The translations under genes and the position numbers were made by a program. From positions 12,967,675 through 13,031,674 of the forward strand of contig OZ037768.1 in the NCBI GenBank assembly GCA_964035545.1: a stretch of 64,000 bases of DNA. Reading direction: 5' to 3'. The notes below the pieces were generated by a model, which did not search any database, was not told the DNA's origin, and was given only the letters and a program-made list of their open reading frames with translations. This document shows positions 1 through 12,446 of the stretch, piece after piece (within the stretch, counting starts at the first letter, position 1; the number at the start of each line of letters is the position of its first letter). The stretch comes from Bugula neritina (taxonomy: Eukaryota; Animalia; Bryozoa).

Positions 1-853
1 TTTCCGCCGAGGCAAAAGTTGATATTTTCGTGGTGCTCACAACTCCCACGCTCTGCTCTCTTCCCCTCACGACGCCTCGTAGGGCGTTTGACCGCGCCCT
101 GAACGGAACGTGGTAAGTCCTTGCAATACGCGGGGCCTGGCTTAGGACACCGTTTCCGAGGTGTCGTCACTAACCAAGGCGGTTTACGCACCCGTGGACG
201 GTCACGTCTCACAGGTGGTGCTTCCAGCCAATTTGTTACAAATGGAGCTTTCCCAGTACCTCCGCATGGAGCCCCTCCCTTGGGGAGTTTTTGCACTTCC
301 AGGTCGGTTCCTGACCTAGGAAGTGGCGGTGGCGGCTTGCACGCTGACGGCGGTGAGCGCACTTCCCTGAACGGGTGTGGTTTTTCCTGCCTCGCCACTG
401 CTTTGGGTTGCATCCTAGGCGGTTTGTCGACCAGGTCAGCAGTCTCCGTCTGCCCGGGTCTTTCTGCACTTTGCCTTCGCCACCCTACTTCGTCAGTATG
501 GGGGCCGTGCTTACTGACCCGGCAGACTCCGCACTGCCCAACTCTGCGTCGTACATCACGCTCCATGTGAGGCCAATACCACAAGAGTTGTAGTTCGGTG
601 AACACCTGTTGGGCTCCCCCGTGAGCCTGCTGGTGTACCTCTTCTATCAACTCTCGGCGGATGGCAGCAGGACAGAGGGTCCTCTCCTGGTCTGGCTGGT
701 GGTGGTTATCGGCCAAAGATATGGTCAGTAGACCATCCGGCCCGATCCGCAGTGCGTTCCAACGTCGGCAGTACAGCTGCCACTCGGCGCAGCCCTGCTT
801 CCGTTGTCTGTCACTGTGTCGTCGCCCTTCCCGTTTCATTCGATAGACGTCGG

Positions 854-2116
854 CTACACCCCCGGAATATGTTCCTGGAGGTATCCTAGCTCCTTGACGC
901 CATCGGTTGAGACGGGTTCGGCGTGGGGGTCCTGTGCCACCTCTGGGGGCATGTCAGGGTCCCCAAGGTGAGGTGTAGCCTCAGTTTTGTGTAGTGACGT
1001 GACCGTCTCTGGGCGCTGTTCGTCATCTACGCAACCGTCTGATGTTCTATCACGGGTCCCCTGGCTGTGGGGTGAGGCAGTCCTTCGCCCGGAAGGCGGG
1101 TTCTCTAGAGGACTTTTCATCGCGGTTTCCCACGATGGCCTGCTGTTATCTTCTTGAACAGAAGGAGTACAGCTTGGTGGAGAGGTGGGTGGTAGGCTCA
1201 CTGTCTCCGAGGGGGAGTGGAGGCATGGCACCGAGGTCTTTCCTTTCCGTGTCAGCTGTTTAGAGCTGCGGACAGGTGGGACCTTCGGGTGCGCGCTCTC
1301 TACAGCTCCCGGCTTTGAGGTACGGCCACCGTCTACCTGGTGGTGGACGGTGTCCCGGGAGTGGCCGGGCATAGTACAGGCACGTACTATTGGCTCTTCT
1401 CCCGTTAGGGGATGGCCAAACTTATCGACACAGGCGAGCTCCCTGCCGCCCATAATCATCGCAGATTTACCAAAATCAATGCGACATCCGTGTCGTTGTA
1501 AGAATGGCATCCCAAGGATGGCGTCCTCCTGGAGTTGTCCTACTATGAACCTCTCCTGGATGGTCTGGTCACAGACGCTCCCAGGGAGTTCAATGATACC
1601 GTAGAAGGGGATGCACGACCCGTCTGCCAGGGTGCCATGATCGCCTTCATACGGTTCCAACCTGCTTCGGATCTGAGCACTGAGTGTGTCGAAGAATCGA
1701 CGACCCAGGAGGTTGGTGGTACAGCCTGTGTCCAACAGATATCTGGCAGGTTTGCCGGCTATCTGTCCTGGTAGAAACAGGCTGCTCTCGTGAGGATGTA
1801 GTGGTCTCTTGGGTGACCTCATCTCCCTCGCCTTGGCGGAGGGGTTAGGTTCTTGACGACGACTCGGGACCAGCTGCCGAGGGATTTGGGCACCTTTCCT
1901 CGCAGACTCTGCGGTCCGTCGTTTGTCAAACCTGTTGCGGGGTGGCATTGAGAACACCGGCAGCGAGCGGCTTGTACAGCCTGCTTGCCATCCTGGTGGC
2001 CGTTCCGCGAGGTCCCGGACGGGTGTCCGGCGTGGTAGATGCCACTGTGTCCTCTCTTGAGGTTTTAACGGCGGCCCGACGGATGTGGGAGCATCCGCGG
2101 GCCGTCGTAGTTTAAC
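854..2116 (-). CDS. pol: Truncated Pol of A1: aspartic protease joined to post-RNase H sequence
   Basis: LLDTGCTTNLL and DAILGMPFL protease motifs; the end (DGVKELGYLQEHIPGV) aligns to post-RNase H DNVRELKKLQGELPGV of element C, with no RT in between. Confidence 0.8.
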   Translation of the reverse strand, partial: VKLRRPADAPTSVGPPLKPQERTQWHLPRRTPVRDLAERPPGWQAGCTSRSLPVFSMPPRNRFDKRRTAESARKGAQIPRQLVPSRRQEPNPSAKAREMRSPKRPLHPHESSLFLPGQIAGKPARYLLDTGCTTNLLGRRFFDTLSAQIRSRLEPYEGDHGTLADGSCIPFYGIIELPGSVCDQTIQERFIVGQLQEDAILGMPFLQRHGCRIDFGKSAMIMGGRELACVDKFGHPLTGEEPIVRACTMPGHSRDTVHHQVDGGRTSKPGAVESAHPKVPPVRSSKQLTRKGKTSVPCLHSPSETVSLPPTSPPSCTPSVQEDNSRPSWETAMKSPLENPPSGRRTASPHSQGTRDRTSDGCVDDEQRPETVTSLHKTEATPHLGDPDMPPEVAQDPHAEPVSTDGVKELGYLQEHIPGV

Positions 2117-2994
2117 CCTGGTTGAAGTCGGGGACAGTGTTTCTGGAAGTGTCCTGGTCTTCCGCACCCCCAGCAGGAGGGGTGTCCTCTACCAGGCGAC
2201 CGCACCGGTGGCCCGTCAAGCTCACGGGTGGTGCCTAGCTGGCTTTCCAAGGCGGAGACCAGTTCGGCTAGCATGTCAGTCATTTGTGCGACCTGTGATG
2301 CCACCGTCATCTGCGTCACCTTGGCCACCGCTGGAGTTTCCGCGTGAGAAGCGGTAGGAGCAGCAGAGGGCTCCATGTCCACCTGACGAGAAGTCACACG
2401 GCTCCGGTGCAGCTGGCTGGCCAGAAGGTAAGCCTCCCCTTCTGCCAGCGCACCTTCGACCGTGGTGACTCCCCTCGCCAAGAGTTGGTGATGGAGTCCC
2501 AAGTCGTTGATGGACTGCACGAAGGCATCATAGGCATACCTCTCACGGTTTACTTGCGGCAGATCGCGGAACGCAATCTGCGCCAGTCTCATAACCGTGG
2601 TAGCCTGCTCTTGTAGCGGCGTGTGAGGATCACGCCGTAGTCTTTGAAGACGGGCCCGCGCATCCACAGCGGAGATACCAAAACAGGCCCGCAAGGAAGC
2701 AAAGATGCCGTCAATGTCCGGTCCCACTCCATACGGCTTGGCTTTGTCTGACAGCGCCATCCTGAGCTTGAGCAATGCTATTCTAGGTGGCCATTGTGCA
2801 ACCTCCATTACATCTTTGAATTCCTGAACGAATTGCTCCACCGGCTCTTCACCTGAGAAGGTGGGTACCCTCAGCCGGTACTTCTCTTCGTAACATTCCC
2901 TATGTACTCGCACTTCTGGTTCTATAGGTATAGCAATGTTATCTTCCTCACCTTCATTCCTCTGAAGGGGTAGCTCTGTGCCTCTTTCTGTCAT
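2065..2994 (-). CDS. gag: Gag of element A1, with CCHC zinc knuckle
   Basis: 309 aa ORF directly after the PBS; CWGCGRPGHFQKHC; similar to the other Gags in the window. Confidence 0.9.
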   Translation of the reverse strand: MTERGTELPLQRNEGEEDNIAIPIEPEVRVHRECYEEKYRLRVPTFSGEEPVEQFVQEFKDVMEVAQWPPRIALLKLRMALSDKAKPYGVGPDIDGIFASLRACFGISAVDARARLQRLRRDPHTPLQEQATTVMRLAQIAFRDLPQVNRERYAYDAFVQSINDLGLHHQLLARGVTTVEGALAEGEAYLLASQLHRSRVTSRQVDMEPSAAPTASHAETPAVAKVTQMTVASQVAQMTDMLAELVSALESQLGTTRELDGPPVRSPGRGHPSCWGCGRPGHFQKHCPRLQPGLNYDGPRMLPHPSGRR

Positions 2995-3009
2995 CTTGAA
3001 ATGCGCGAA

Positions 3010-3027
3010 ATCCCACCGCTGCCACCA
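3010..3027 (-). promoter_or_regulatory. Primer-binding site complementary to the 3' end of tRNA-Leu
   Basis: TGGTGGCAGCGGTGGGAT, 1 nt from the LTR; identical at 4978-4995, 26073-26090, 33792-33809, 36054-36071 and 62712-62729. Confidence 0.9.
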
Positions 3028-3028
3028 C

Positions 3029-3370
3029 TGTTGTGAGTTTTAGCACAATTGTTAAGCGTGGATTGCCTGCGTATTTAGTTTCAATTTAACTAGCAACTAC
3101 TAACAGAGCTTGCGTACGATAACTTTCATTTAATTCGATAAACATAATTATAACAGTATGTCAAAACCACAATACGTCAATCAATTATAACACGTCTTAC
3201 TACTACGAGCCCCTGCTCTCAACACACATGGTTTTGCTAGCTAACCCGCGAACAGTCACTTGACCGGAACCTTGCCTTCCGGTCCTTCTGATTGGATAGT
3301 AAAACATAGTTATAAGTATTCCCATACAGGAGGGGACGAATCCATTATTATACTACGTAATCCCTTTACA
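3029..3370 (-). repeat. 5' LTR of A1 (342 bp)
   Basis: Near-identical to 30268-30610, 33811-34152 and 63209-63551. Confidence 0.95.
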
Positions 3371-3903
3371 CTATTTATTGTATCTTTATAAACAGAAATA
3401 AAATTATTGTTGTTTGCTGAAGCACTGCTGAGTAAATTGCCTCACAACATTAATTCACTAGTATTTCTACAAGGTCAAATGTGCTTCCTATATTAATGAA
3501 AAACGAAAAATGAGAGAGAAGTTGAACTTGGACAACTCAAACGTAGACATGCAAAATTTGTCAATCAATCTAAAGTTTCCAGTCAAAATAATGATTCTAG
3601 CAAACCACCCAGTAAATAAAAATATTATACACCTCAAGGTATATGAGTAGAGTATTTTATTCATTTAGGCTAGATATACAAAAGAATGTTTGTACTAAAA
3701 AGAAGACGCTGATAGACATAAGGGTCAAGTCAATACAATGGAATTTCTTCCCAAACATAAAGCAGAAGTAAGCTTAATTCTTGCATTATCTGTCATAAAA
3801 TCATCTACAGTCTTTTATTGTCATCAAAATGTTGCACTCTTCTAAGAGAATAAAGTTGGTGTAGCAGTGAATCTCAGTAAGTAAGATGAAAGTGTTGACT
3901 CAA

Positions 3904-3972
3904 CTGCCAGAGCTGGTTGCACCCACAAGACTGCCAGGGCTGGTTGCACCCACAAGACTGCCAAAGCTGGTT
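3904..3972. repeat. 27-bp minisatellite, about 2.5 copies
   Basis: ctgccag(a/g)gctggttgcacccacaaga repeated; again at 34684-34752. Confidence 0.85.
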
Positions 3973-5009
3973 TATAGTCTACTTTTATGTCACCAGCCAA
4001 AAGTGAATCATTGTTTGATAACTTTGATAGAGATGACTTCCATATACAGGTTACTTCTGCTTATAATCAATTATAGTAATTTATTGAGTTAGCTATATAA
4101 CTCATAAATAGCATTATTGTAGCTTCTAGATACAGTTTGAGATTGTATAGAGTTGTAATAGATTCAACATAATTTACTAGTTACTATAGTCGCTGATTCT
4201 TTACCTTGCTTAATAAATAGGTCACAGTAATATGAGAGAAGAACTTTTGTAACTGAGCACATATTGAGGTTTCAATAAATGATCAAAACATATTATACTT
4301 GCTGTGATTGTACAATAAGGTCGAAATGATTTTCTTTTAGGTGAATGGTATGCAAGATATTGATTGTGAGACTGTAAAAAATTTGCCATTGGTCCATACT
4401 AACAATCTAGCTGCAGACGACACCTTATACAGGGAAAGTGAGGCGGGCTTCAAGCTGTATCACCTATGTTGGTAATAACCATACTGAAAGTCCCAGCTAC
4501 AGGTCGAGATGATATAGTTGTATTCAAAATAATTTACTAGATTTTTTTCAAGTTTTCTTAGCATAAAGATATATACAAAATTGGTAAGTTTTCCATGCTC
4601 CCACAACTTTGATGCAATGAGATATAGAACATGTTTCTTGCGATAATATTGAGTATGGATATAGTACTATTGTGGTGGCTCGTGGAGCTACCAACAGCAC
4701 AATACGCAGGGTCGCGTATTGACCAGGAACAATGTACTCAGCCAATTAGCGAAGCTGCTAGTGAGTAGCAGTAGTTAGCTTCGCGCTACTAGTCAGTTGT
4801 GAATAGTGTGATAAATTAAATAGACGTGTAGGTTTCTGGATATTCTGTACCGTTTTTATTATGTATCTTATACTCAAAATATACTCTTATTAACTCGATC
4901 TATCCTGGTGAAGTTCTCTGGCAAGTAAATAGACTCTCTTGATTACACATCAACCCTAATTCTGAAAAATACAACAGTGGTGGCAGCGGTGGGATAGTGT
5001 ACATCAAAG

Positions 5010-5876
5010 ATGGAGACTGAAAATGCTAGATTGCAGCCACCCCCAGTAGAAGGTGAGCGTAGAAATGATGTTATTCCTGTAGATCAGGTGGGAGAAGAGG
5101 CTTATCAATATCGCTTGAAAGCCCCCACCTTTACTGGGTCAAAAGATGTCGAACAGTTTATACAGGAGTTTAGAGAAGTAATGGATATTGCACAATGGCC
5201 ACATAGAGTGGGCCTTATCCAGTTGCGGAGAGCGTTGGCGGAGCAAGCCAAGCCGTACGGAATGGGAACGAACGTAGACGGGATATTGGCTGCGTTGCGG
5301 GGCCGCTTTGGCATCTCCGCAATAGACTTCAGGACCCGGTTACAGAGATTGTGCCGCGCCCCGCAGATCTCGCTGCAAGAGCATGCCGCGACGGTGAAGA
5401 AGCTGGCACAAATTGCATATGGTGACCTACCAGTACAACACCAAGAGCGTTACACCTACGACGCTTTTGTCCAGTCACTAAACGACCTGGGCCTACACCA
5501 CCAACTACGAGCTAAAGGGATCACCACGATAGAGGATGCCCTAAAGGCTGGAGAAGCTTATCTGTTGGCTATCCAAATGCATCGAGCGCAAGGGAACCCA
5601 CCAGCAGTTGAAGTCAATGCTGCCAGAGCTACGGCGGGCCCCGAAGCTCCCCCCTTGGAAGCCGAAGTAGACCGTATGGTAGAGATGTTGGGACAGCTGG
5701 TAACGATTCTTGCCAGCGCTGGCCCCGGTCAGGACCTGCGGTTGCTCCCAGCACCTGCGGGGCCTGGCTGGAGTAGTGCTGGTCAAGACCATAGAGAGCA
5801 AGGACCACCCCAACACCAGGGGGCGTTAAACTATCACGGCCCGCGGACGCCCTTCCTCCCCGCGGGCCAAAACTGA
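5010..5876 (+). CDS. gag: Gag of B1 (zinc knuckle degenerate)
   Basis: 288 aa ORF after the PBS; YRLKAPTFTG..VEQFIQEF shared with the other Gags; no CCHC. Confidence 0.9.
   Translation: METENARLQPPPVEGERRNDVIPVDQVGEEAYQYRLKAPTFTGSKDVEQFIQEFREVMDIAQWPHRVGLIQLRRALAEQAKPYGMGTNVDGILAALRGRFGISAIDFRTRLQRLCRAPQISLQEHAATVKKLAQIAYGDLPVQHQERYTYDAFVQSLNDLGLHHQLRAKGITTIEDALKAGEAYLLAIQMHRAQGNPPAVEVNAARATAGPEAPPLEAEVDRMVEMLGQLVTILASAGPGQDLRLLPAPAGPGWSSAGQDHREQGPPQHQGALNYHGPRTPFLPAGQN
5825..5868 (+). promoter_or_regulatory. Predicted -1 ribosomal frameshift signal (G TTA AAC plus GC-rich hairpin)
   Basis: Heptamer in the gag frame, 6-nt spacer, stem GGCCCGCG/CGCGGGCC; equivalents at 2110-2116, 25152-25158, 32892-32898, 36901-36907 and 61823-61829. 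Confidence 0.75.
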
Positions 5877-8800
5877 AAGAGCAGGGTAAGACACGCCGCC
5901 GCCTGTCCGTACGGACACGACGGCATACTCCCCCCGAGTGGCAGGTACCACGCAGGACTAGCAGGCCTGCACAGCGGCCGAGTACCTTCTCCCTGTCACT
6001 CACCAACCGGTTCCACCGGTTACCTCGGGAAGAGGAGCCCGCCACTGAATTAGAGCCAGAAGGCCCAGTGGAGAGCTCTGAACCTCGCCAGCACCGACCA
6101 CGCCGCCGGAAACCCCATAAACCACGGGTAAAACCCCCGCCGTCCTACCCATTTAGGACAACACATGCGGGGGGGGGTGAAAGTGCAACCACACGGAGAG
6201 AGCTATTTCCTACCCGGAAAGGTGGCGGGTAATGCCGTCACCTTCCTGCTAGACTCCAGTTGTACTACCAACCTTCTCAAACGTAGAGTCTTTGAGGCAC
6301 TGCCCCGCCAAAACAGGGATAGAGTACGACCGTATACAGGAGAACATGGCACCCTAGCAGGAGGGTCGTGTATTTCCTTCTACGGTATTATCGAGCTCCC
6401 TGGGCGTGTCCAAGACAAGGCTGTACAAGAGACCTTTGTTATAAGCCAGCTGGAGGAAGATGCTATCCTCGGAATGCCTTTCTTGAAGCAGCACCAATGC
6501 CGCATATACTTTAGCAAGTCGGCAATGCTGATGGGCGGGCGAGAACTCGCCTGTGTGGATAAGTTTGGGCGTCCTCTGGTGGGCGGTGTTCAGGTAGTTC
6601 GAAACTGCACTGTACCCGGGCGCTCTAGAGCCACTATCCACTGCCGAGTGAACAGCAACCGGATAGCAAGACTCGGGGTCGTTGAAGGCGCGCACGAAAG
6701 GATCCAACTCGCCAGTAGTTTAAACCAACTGACTGAGCGAGGGGAAATCTTAGTGCAGTGTGTCAACCCCTTTACCGAGCCCATCAAGCTCCAAGCTGGG
6801 TCAATGCTGGGCCGGTTCCACTCCGTCCAGGAGGAGGACGTGGGCCCGTCGCTAGGTGATGCGACGGAGGCACCCCCTCGGCACCCTACTCAAAGGCAAG
6901 GGGTGGTCCCAACACACATCTGGGAGTTATATGAAACAGCCTGTGGTGGCTGCGCGAGTAACAAGGAACGCCAAGCTATGGCGAAGTTACTACGCGACTA
7001 CGGTGATGTGTTCAGTAGCGGAGATCATGACGTGGGACTGACTGGAGTTGTCAGACACGAAATACCGCTGACTGCAGGGACAGCCCTTGTCCGGCAACCC
7101 ACACGCAGGCTGGGGCCGGAAAAAGAGAAGGAGGTTAGCCGACAAGTACGGGATCTTCTGGACCGCGGCCTCATAGAGCCCGCCCATAGGGTGTGGAGCT
7201 CGTCGGTCGTACTGGTCCGGAAGAAAGACGGCAGTTGGCGGTTCTGTGTGGATTACCGCAAACTCAATAGCGTAACCATACAGGACGCCTACCCCCTACC
7301 TCGTATTGACGAGTCACAGGATGCCTTAGCCGGCAGCAAGTACTTCAGTACGTTAGACTTGCTGAGTGGCTACTGGCAAGTTCCTCTGAGTCCCGACGCC
7401 CAGGAGAAAGCGGCGTTTATCACACGGGACGGTTTGTGGAAGTGGAAGGTGTTGCCTTTCGGGTTAACCTCCCCCCAGCCACTTTCCAGAGGCTGATGGA
7501 GCAAGTCCTCAGCGGGCTCCATTGGAAGACACTGCTGATCTACCTCGATGATGTTATCGTGATCTCCCCAGACTTCGAGACGCATGTCAGTCATCTGCGG
7601 GACGTCTTCGAGAGACTCCGAGGTGCCGGTCTTAAGCTCAAACCTTCCAAGTGCGCTCTATTGCAGCCGGAGGTCAAGTACCTGGGGCACAGTGTCGGTC
7701 GAAACGGCGTGGCAACGGATCCCGAAAAGGTACGGGCGATAGAAGACTGGGTCACCCCCCAAGACTTGATCGGACTTCGGGCTTTCTTGGGGCTGGTAGG
7801 GTATTACAGGCAATACATACCGGACTTTGCGCGCATAGCCCAGCCGTTAAACCGGCTCACCACAAAGGGAGTGACGTGGCAGTGGACCACAGTCGAACAA
7901 AGAGCGTTCGACCGCCTCAAGGGCTGCCTACTAACGGCGCCCATCTTGGCCTACCCAGACCCCACTCTGGAGTACATCCTCGACACGGACACCAGTGACC
8001 AAAATGTTGGCGCTGTGCTGTCACAAGTGCAGGAAGGCCGAGAGGTAGTAGTAGCCTACTACAGCAAGTCTCTCTCACCCGCTGAACGAAATTACTGCAC
8101 TACCCGCAAGGAGCTGCTGGCAGTAATCAAGTCAGTGAAGCACTTCAGACCATACTTATACGGCAGGGAGTTCCGGCTGCGTACGGATCATGCCTCGCTG
8201 ATCTGGTTGTGCAAGAGAGCAGCGCCCTCCAGTCAGGTCGCCCGGTGGCTCGAAATCCTAGCTGAGTTCTCGTACCGGATCGAACATTGACCGGGCAAAA
8301 GACACAGCAAAGCGGATGGGCTGAGCCGCCGACCTAATGGAGGTTGCAAACAGGGTCTCAACATCGAGAGGAGGGACGGAGGTCCCACGCGATGCGAATT
8401 AGAGACACTGGCTCACCACAGAGCACAGTTTGACTGGGATCAGGGTCAGCTCAGGCAGAAAGTTAACGAGTCCCCGGAGGTTGTACTAAACCTCCGCGCC
8501 AATCCTGTACTGACCGATAATGTCCGGGAGCTGAAGAAGCTCCAAGGAGAGCTGTCTGGGGTAGTAGCGGACATATATCGGACCAAAAAGGAAGGGCGGC
8601 GACCCAGCAAGGAACGCATACGGCAGGGATGCGCTGAGTTCCGGCTATACTGCCAGCGTTGGGACTCGCTGCGGATCAGGCAGGATGGTCTACTGACCAT
8701 TTCTCTAGCTGCCAGCGGCAGACATCCGGAGAGGAAGAGGGTGGTCTGTCTCACTGCCATCCGCCGTGAGTTGATTTGGGAGACTCACAAACACGCTCAC

Positions 8801-10452
8801 GCAGGAGTCAAGAGAGTGATCTTCAAACTACGACTCCGGTGGTATTGGCCACAAATGAAGCGGGACGTCCGACTCAGAGTCAAGCAGTGCGAAATCTGCC
8901 AGGCCAGTAAGCATGGCCGTTTCCCTGGTGAAGCCGGACAGCGGAGGCTATATGCTGGCAGGCCCTGGCAAGTGGTAGCTGTTGACCTGGTCGGACCCAT
9001 GCCCCTGACCCCCAGAGGCAATAGTTGGATATTAGTATTGACAGACCACATTACTATGTGGGCAGACGCTCTGGCTATCCCAGATGCGTCAGCCCCAAAA
9101 GTGGCCAGGGCGCTAGACCAACATGTATTCTGTTATTTCGGGCTTCCCGAACAGATACACTCTGATCAAGGCACGCAGTTTCAGTCCCAACTGATGAGCG
9201 ACCTTTGCCGCCTCTAGAGAGTAAATCAGAGCAGGACGACTCCCTATCACCCCCAAGGTAACGGGGTGGTGGAGCGCAATAACCGGATGCTAGGTGATGC
9301 GCTCCGAAGTCTCCTCCTTGGACGCGGTCAAGAGGAATGGGACACGGTGTTGCCGCAAATCATGCGTGCATACCGTAGCACCCCACACACCAGTACTGGT
9401 GAGACCTCAAACCTCTTGATGCTCGGGAGAGAGACTCGTATCCCTGACCATCTTACCTACCACGTTCCAGAGCAAGACAACTCGGTTCACGAGTATGCCA
9501 GTGAACTAGTGGAACGGATGAAGGTCGCACACGATATACTGCGCGAACAGCAGTGGAAGGTGCGACACGAAGATTCCAAGGAACCACCCCTATACCAGAC
9601 GGGAGATAAGGTGTGAATGGTCAATTACCGTAGGCGTCGCGGACAAGCAGCTAAGCTACAGCCTAAGTTCGTGGGACCCTACGTGATCGTCGAGGCGATG
9701 CCCAACCATACGTACCAGATCGAGCGCTCAGGACAGGTGTCTTTTCAGAATGAGTCTCGCTTGAAGCCGTATTGGGCTAGCCCTGACACAGCGGGAGAAG
9801 CCCCCCCCCCGTTGTTGGAGCCTAGAAGGCAGACAACAACGCGTCGGCGACGGCGGCAGGGACTTGAATATGAAGTCGTCATACCGCGGGAGGAAGACTT
9901 GGTGAGAGATGAGCGATCGCTTTTACCAACAGAAGCGCGCCCGCCACCGCCAAATCTAATTCCATCACTTCCAGAAACCGAGCCGGTTCCGGAAGTGCAA
10001 AACCCCATCGAGGGAGGGGTTCTATCCGGAGAACAAGAAGAAGTGACCACCAACGGTGAAGTAGAGACGCCACCAGAGGCCCCTACTAATAAACCGGCGA
10101 GCGTGTCACCCCCCTAGAACGGGGACAACGTACGAGGAAACCCCCACCATATTTAAAAGACTTCGTATGTGACTGCATTAAAAACGGCACGCATGAAAGT
10201 CTAGGGGAAAACCGTACGAGAAAATGTTAGAGTTGCAAGCCCCACGCAAATATCAACTTTTGCGAGGGCGGAGTAGTGGGAGGAATTAATGCGCATAAAG
10301 CAAATAGTTCCGACCTCGTGTCACAGAAACAATGCCCAGCCTTTTCTTACGCTGACATCGCCAAGGGCAGACGTACCTCACAACTAGCTCCAACCTTACC
10401 ACGAACATTGAGTATGGACACTAATACCGAGTTCACAGGTAAGCCAGTATAA
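5825..10452 (+). pseudogene. pol: Pol of B1 (PR, RT, RNase H, IN), disrupted
   Basis: WRFCVDYRKLN, YLDD, DTDTSD, DLVGP, SDQG, PQGNGVVER, KFVGPY; stops at 8288, 9215 and 9614, plus frameshifts near 6130, 7475 and 10115. Confidence 0.95.
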
Positions 10453-11551
10453 GTCTTGTATTCCTATCTATGGAAACAGGCCCGATGCCAGTAAATGCTG
10501 AGCTAATCCATCAGATTGAATCAGAATTACTGGGGACCACGTTTCACGCGAATGACGACGAGGACACAGTAATGGCCGACGGTCTGTTAGACCTGGAGCT
10601 AGACACTGTTCTTGATCAGTCCACACGTGATTCACTGGTCTCTCGAGTGCTTTCTAAAAGTTGTGACTCTCAGACTAGTAACAGTCGACAGCCATCAGAA
10701 TTATGTTGTAAAGATCCACCGCGATCTAACAACAATTCTACCTTTGTAGACGCACTCGCTCCCGTCTCTCCGGGCATGCCTTCCCTAGAGATGGCGTAGG
10801 ACCCAGAGCCGGCCTCACCAACTTCCACAACTAGACAACTGCCACAACAGCTAGAAGTAACCTCCAGCTGGACAACCCCCGCCACGGAGACGGAGATTAA
10901 GAAACATAGAGGGGATGACAGTAACCGGGAGTGCCGCCTATGTCAACAGCGGTTTACAACACACCGCAGATTGAGAGTCCACTTGCCGCAGCATTTTATT
11001 ACAACGTTCTGCCCCTGCGGGGAGTATAGTTACAACCGTGACTACGTGCTGCGTCACCAATGCACCATGCACTGCTTTCAGGGCCACGTGTACGACGTGG
11101 ATAAATCTTCCTACTCAGCATTCCTCGAAGTTATCCGACCCCTCATCACAAACTCAGCTCGGCTATCTCGCCTGGAGCAAGGCTTTCCCTCCCCCCGACC
11201 CATCATCTCTGAACCAACGGATAAACCTTCGAAATCATCTAACTCCCCACCTCTCAGTTCCGTGCGGCGACCCCAGACACTCCCCCGTGTCGTATTACAG
11301 AGGGTTGACACGCAGACATACACACTTCCTCCCCCACTCCCATCCGCAGAACGGAAAAGACACCGACAGCAGCAGATATTCTCCTCTCTCATCCCCTCCG
11401 GCCCGCAACCTACGAGAGGTCGAGACTAGGGCAAATGAACTCGAACAAGAGGTGTATAGACTAGCCCCCCCCCAGTATTCATGCAGCATCCAGTGAGCTC
11501 CGGTCACTACAGGAGTCCATCAGATGGATGAAACGAGCAGCCCAGGATTAA
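10414..11551 (+). pseudogene. ORF3 of B1: zinc-finger/coiled-coil protein, disrupted
   Basis: ATG at 10414 (MDTNTEFT) then G|GTAAG donor; CRLC-x12-HLPQH and FCPCG-type second finger; C-terminal LREVETRANELEQEVYRLAP; premature TAG at 10797 and downstream frameshifts. Confidence 0.75.
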
Positions 11552-11800
11552 TATGGGTCTCCCCCCTCCAACCTCACATCTCGCTTCTCTACTACCTCTC
11601 CGTGGCGTTCCCTGGCATTGCTGTGGCACGTACTCTATATGTATATAGACTTACTAATTACTTAGTGTTGTTTTATTGTGTATTTTTATACATATATATA
11701 TATGTATCTAGCCAATTTGGATCTTGTATATACATTTTATATCTTGTCTCCCGTTTAGTCCACTGATGTACGTGTTACTTGTGAATTATATTTTTTATAT

Positions 11801-11831
11801 CAGAAAGAGGGCTTTCTGCTGGTGGGGGCGG
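11801..11831 (+). promoter_or_regulatory. Hairpin plus polypurine tract before the 3' LTR
   Basis: CAGAAAG-AGGG-CTTTCTG-CTGGTGGGGGCGG; also at 19258-19288, 30611-30642, 41664-41694, 55172-55203 and 63552-63583. Confidence 0.85.
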
Positions 11832-12446
11832 TGTGGTGGCTCGTGGAGCTACCAACAGCACAATACGCAGGGTCGCGTATTGACCCGGAACAATGTACTC
11901 AGCCAATTAGCGAAGCTGCTAGTGAGTAGCAGTAGTTAGCTTCGCGCTACTAGTCAGTTGTGAATAGTGTGATAAATTAAATAGACGCGTAGATTTCTGG
12001 ATATTCTGTACCGTTTTTATTATGTATCTTATACTCAAAATATACTCTTATTAACTCGATCTATCCTGGTGAAGTTCTCTGGCAAGTAAATAGACTCTCT
12101 TGATTACACATCAACCCTAATTCTGAAAAATACAACACTATCACTAATTATAGGAATTACAAGAGTTTCTCTTTAGCAATATTCCAAAACATCCCATCTA
12201 GCTGGCTAGTGATATTCAAGCTGATACTTTAAGTATAAGACAGAGAGTTGTAACACTCAGCTCTCTGATGACTCTATTCCTCCAGAAAAGGTTTGCTACT
12301 TCCAGACATCTCTTTATGTATATCTACTTTGTTGAACTTATGTTCACATTGATGTTGTAAAAACTTCTACTTGCATTTGTTGTTCTGTTTTCTTCAGTGA
12401 AAGTTCCCAAGACAAGAGGAGCAGCAAATCGTCATGCACACAAAAA

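Larger units (their letters stand above)
1..3370 (-). mobile_element. Ty3/Gypsy LTR element family A, copy A1 (3' part outside window); RT/RNase H and integrase core deleted
   Basis: 5' LTR 3029-3370 (TG..CA) followed by CTAT; PBS 3010-3027; gag 2065-2994; protease ORF; remnants of the integrase N- and C-terminal regions at 1-850. Confidence 0.9.
4671..12137 (+). mobile_element. Ty3/Gypsy LTR element family B, copy B1 (full length, defective)
   Basis: 306-bp LTRs at 4671-4976 and 11832-12137; TSD CTAT at 4667-4670 and 12138-12141; PBS; gag; PR-RT-RH-IN order; ORF3; PPT. Confidence 0.97.

Noticed and set aside
121-2616. Numerous antisense ORFs over gag/pol here and in the other elements
   Set aside because: Shadow frames of GC-rich coding sequence with no recognisable motifs
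3010-3027. tRNA-Leu gene
   Set aside because: Only 18 nt including encoded CCA, adjacent to an LTR; it is a PBS
3904-3972. CRISPR-like repeat
   Set aside because: Head-to-tail 27-bp units with no spacers, in eukaryotic context
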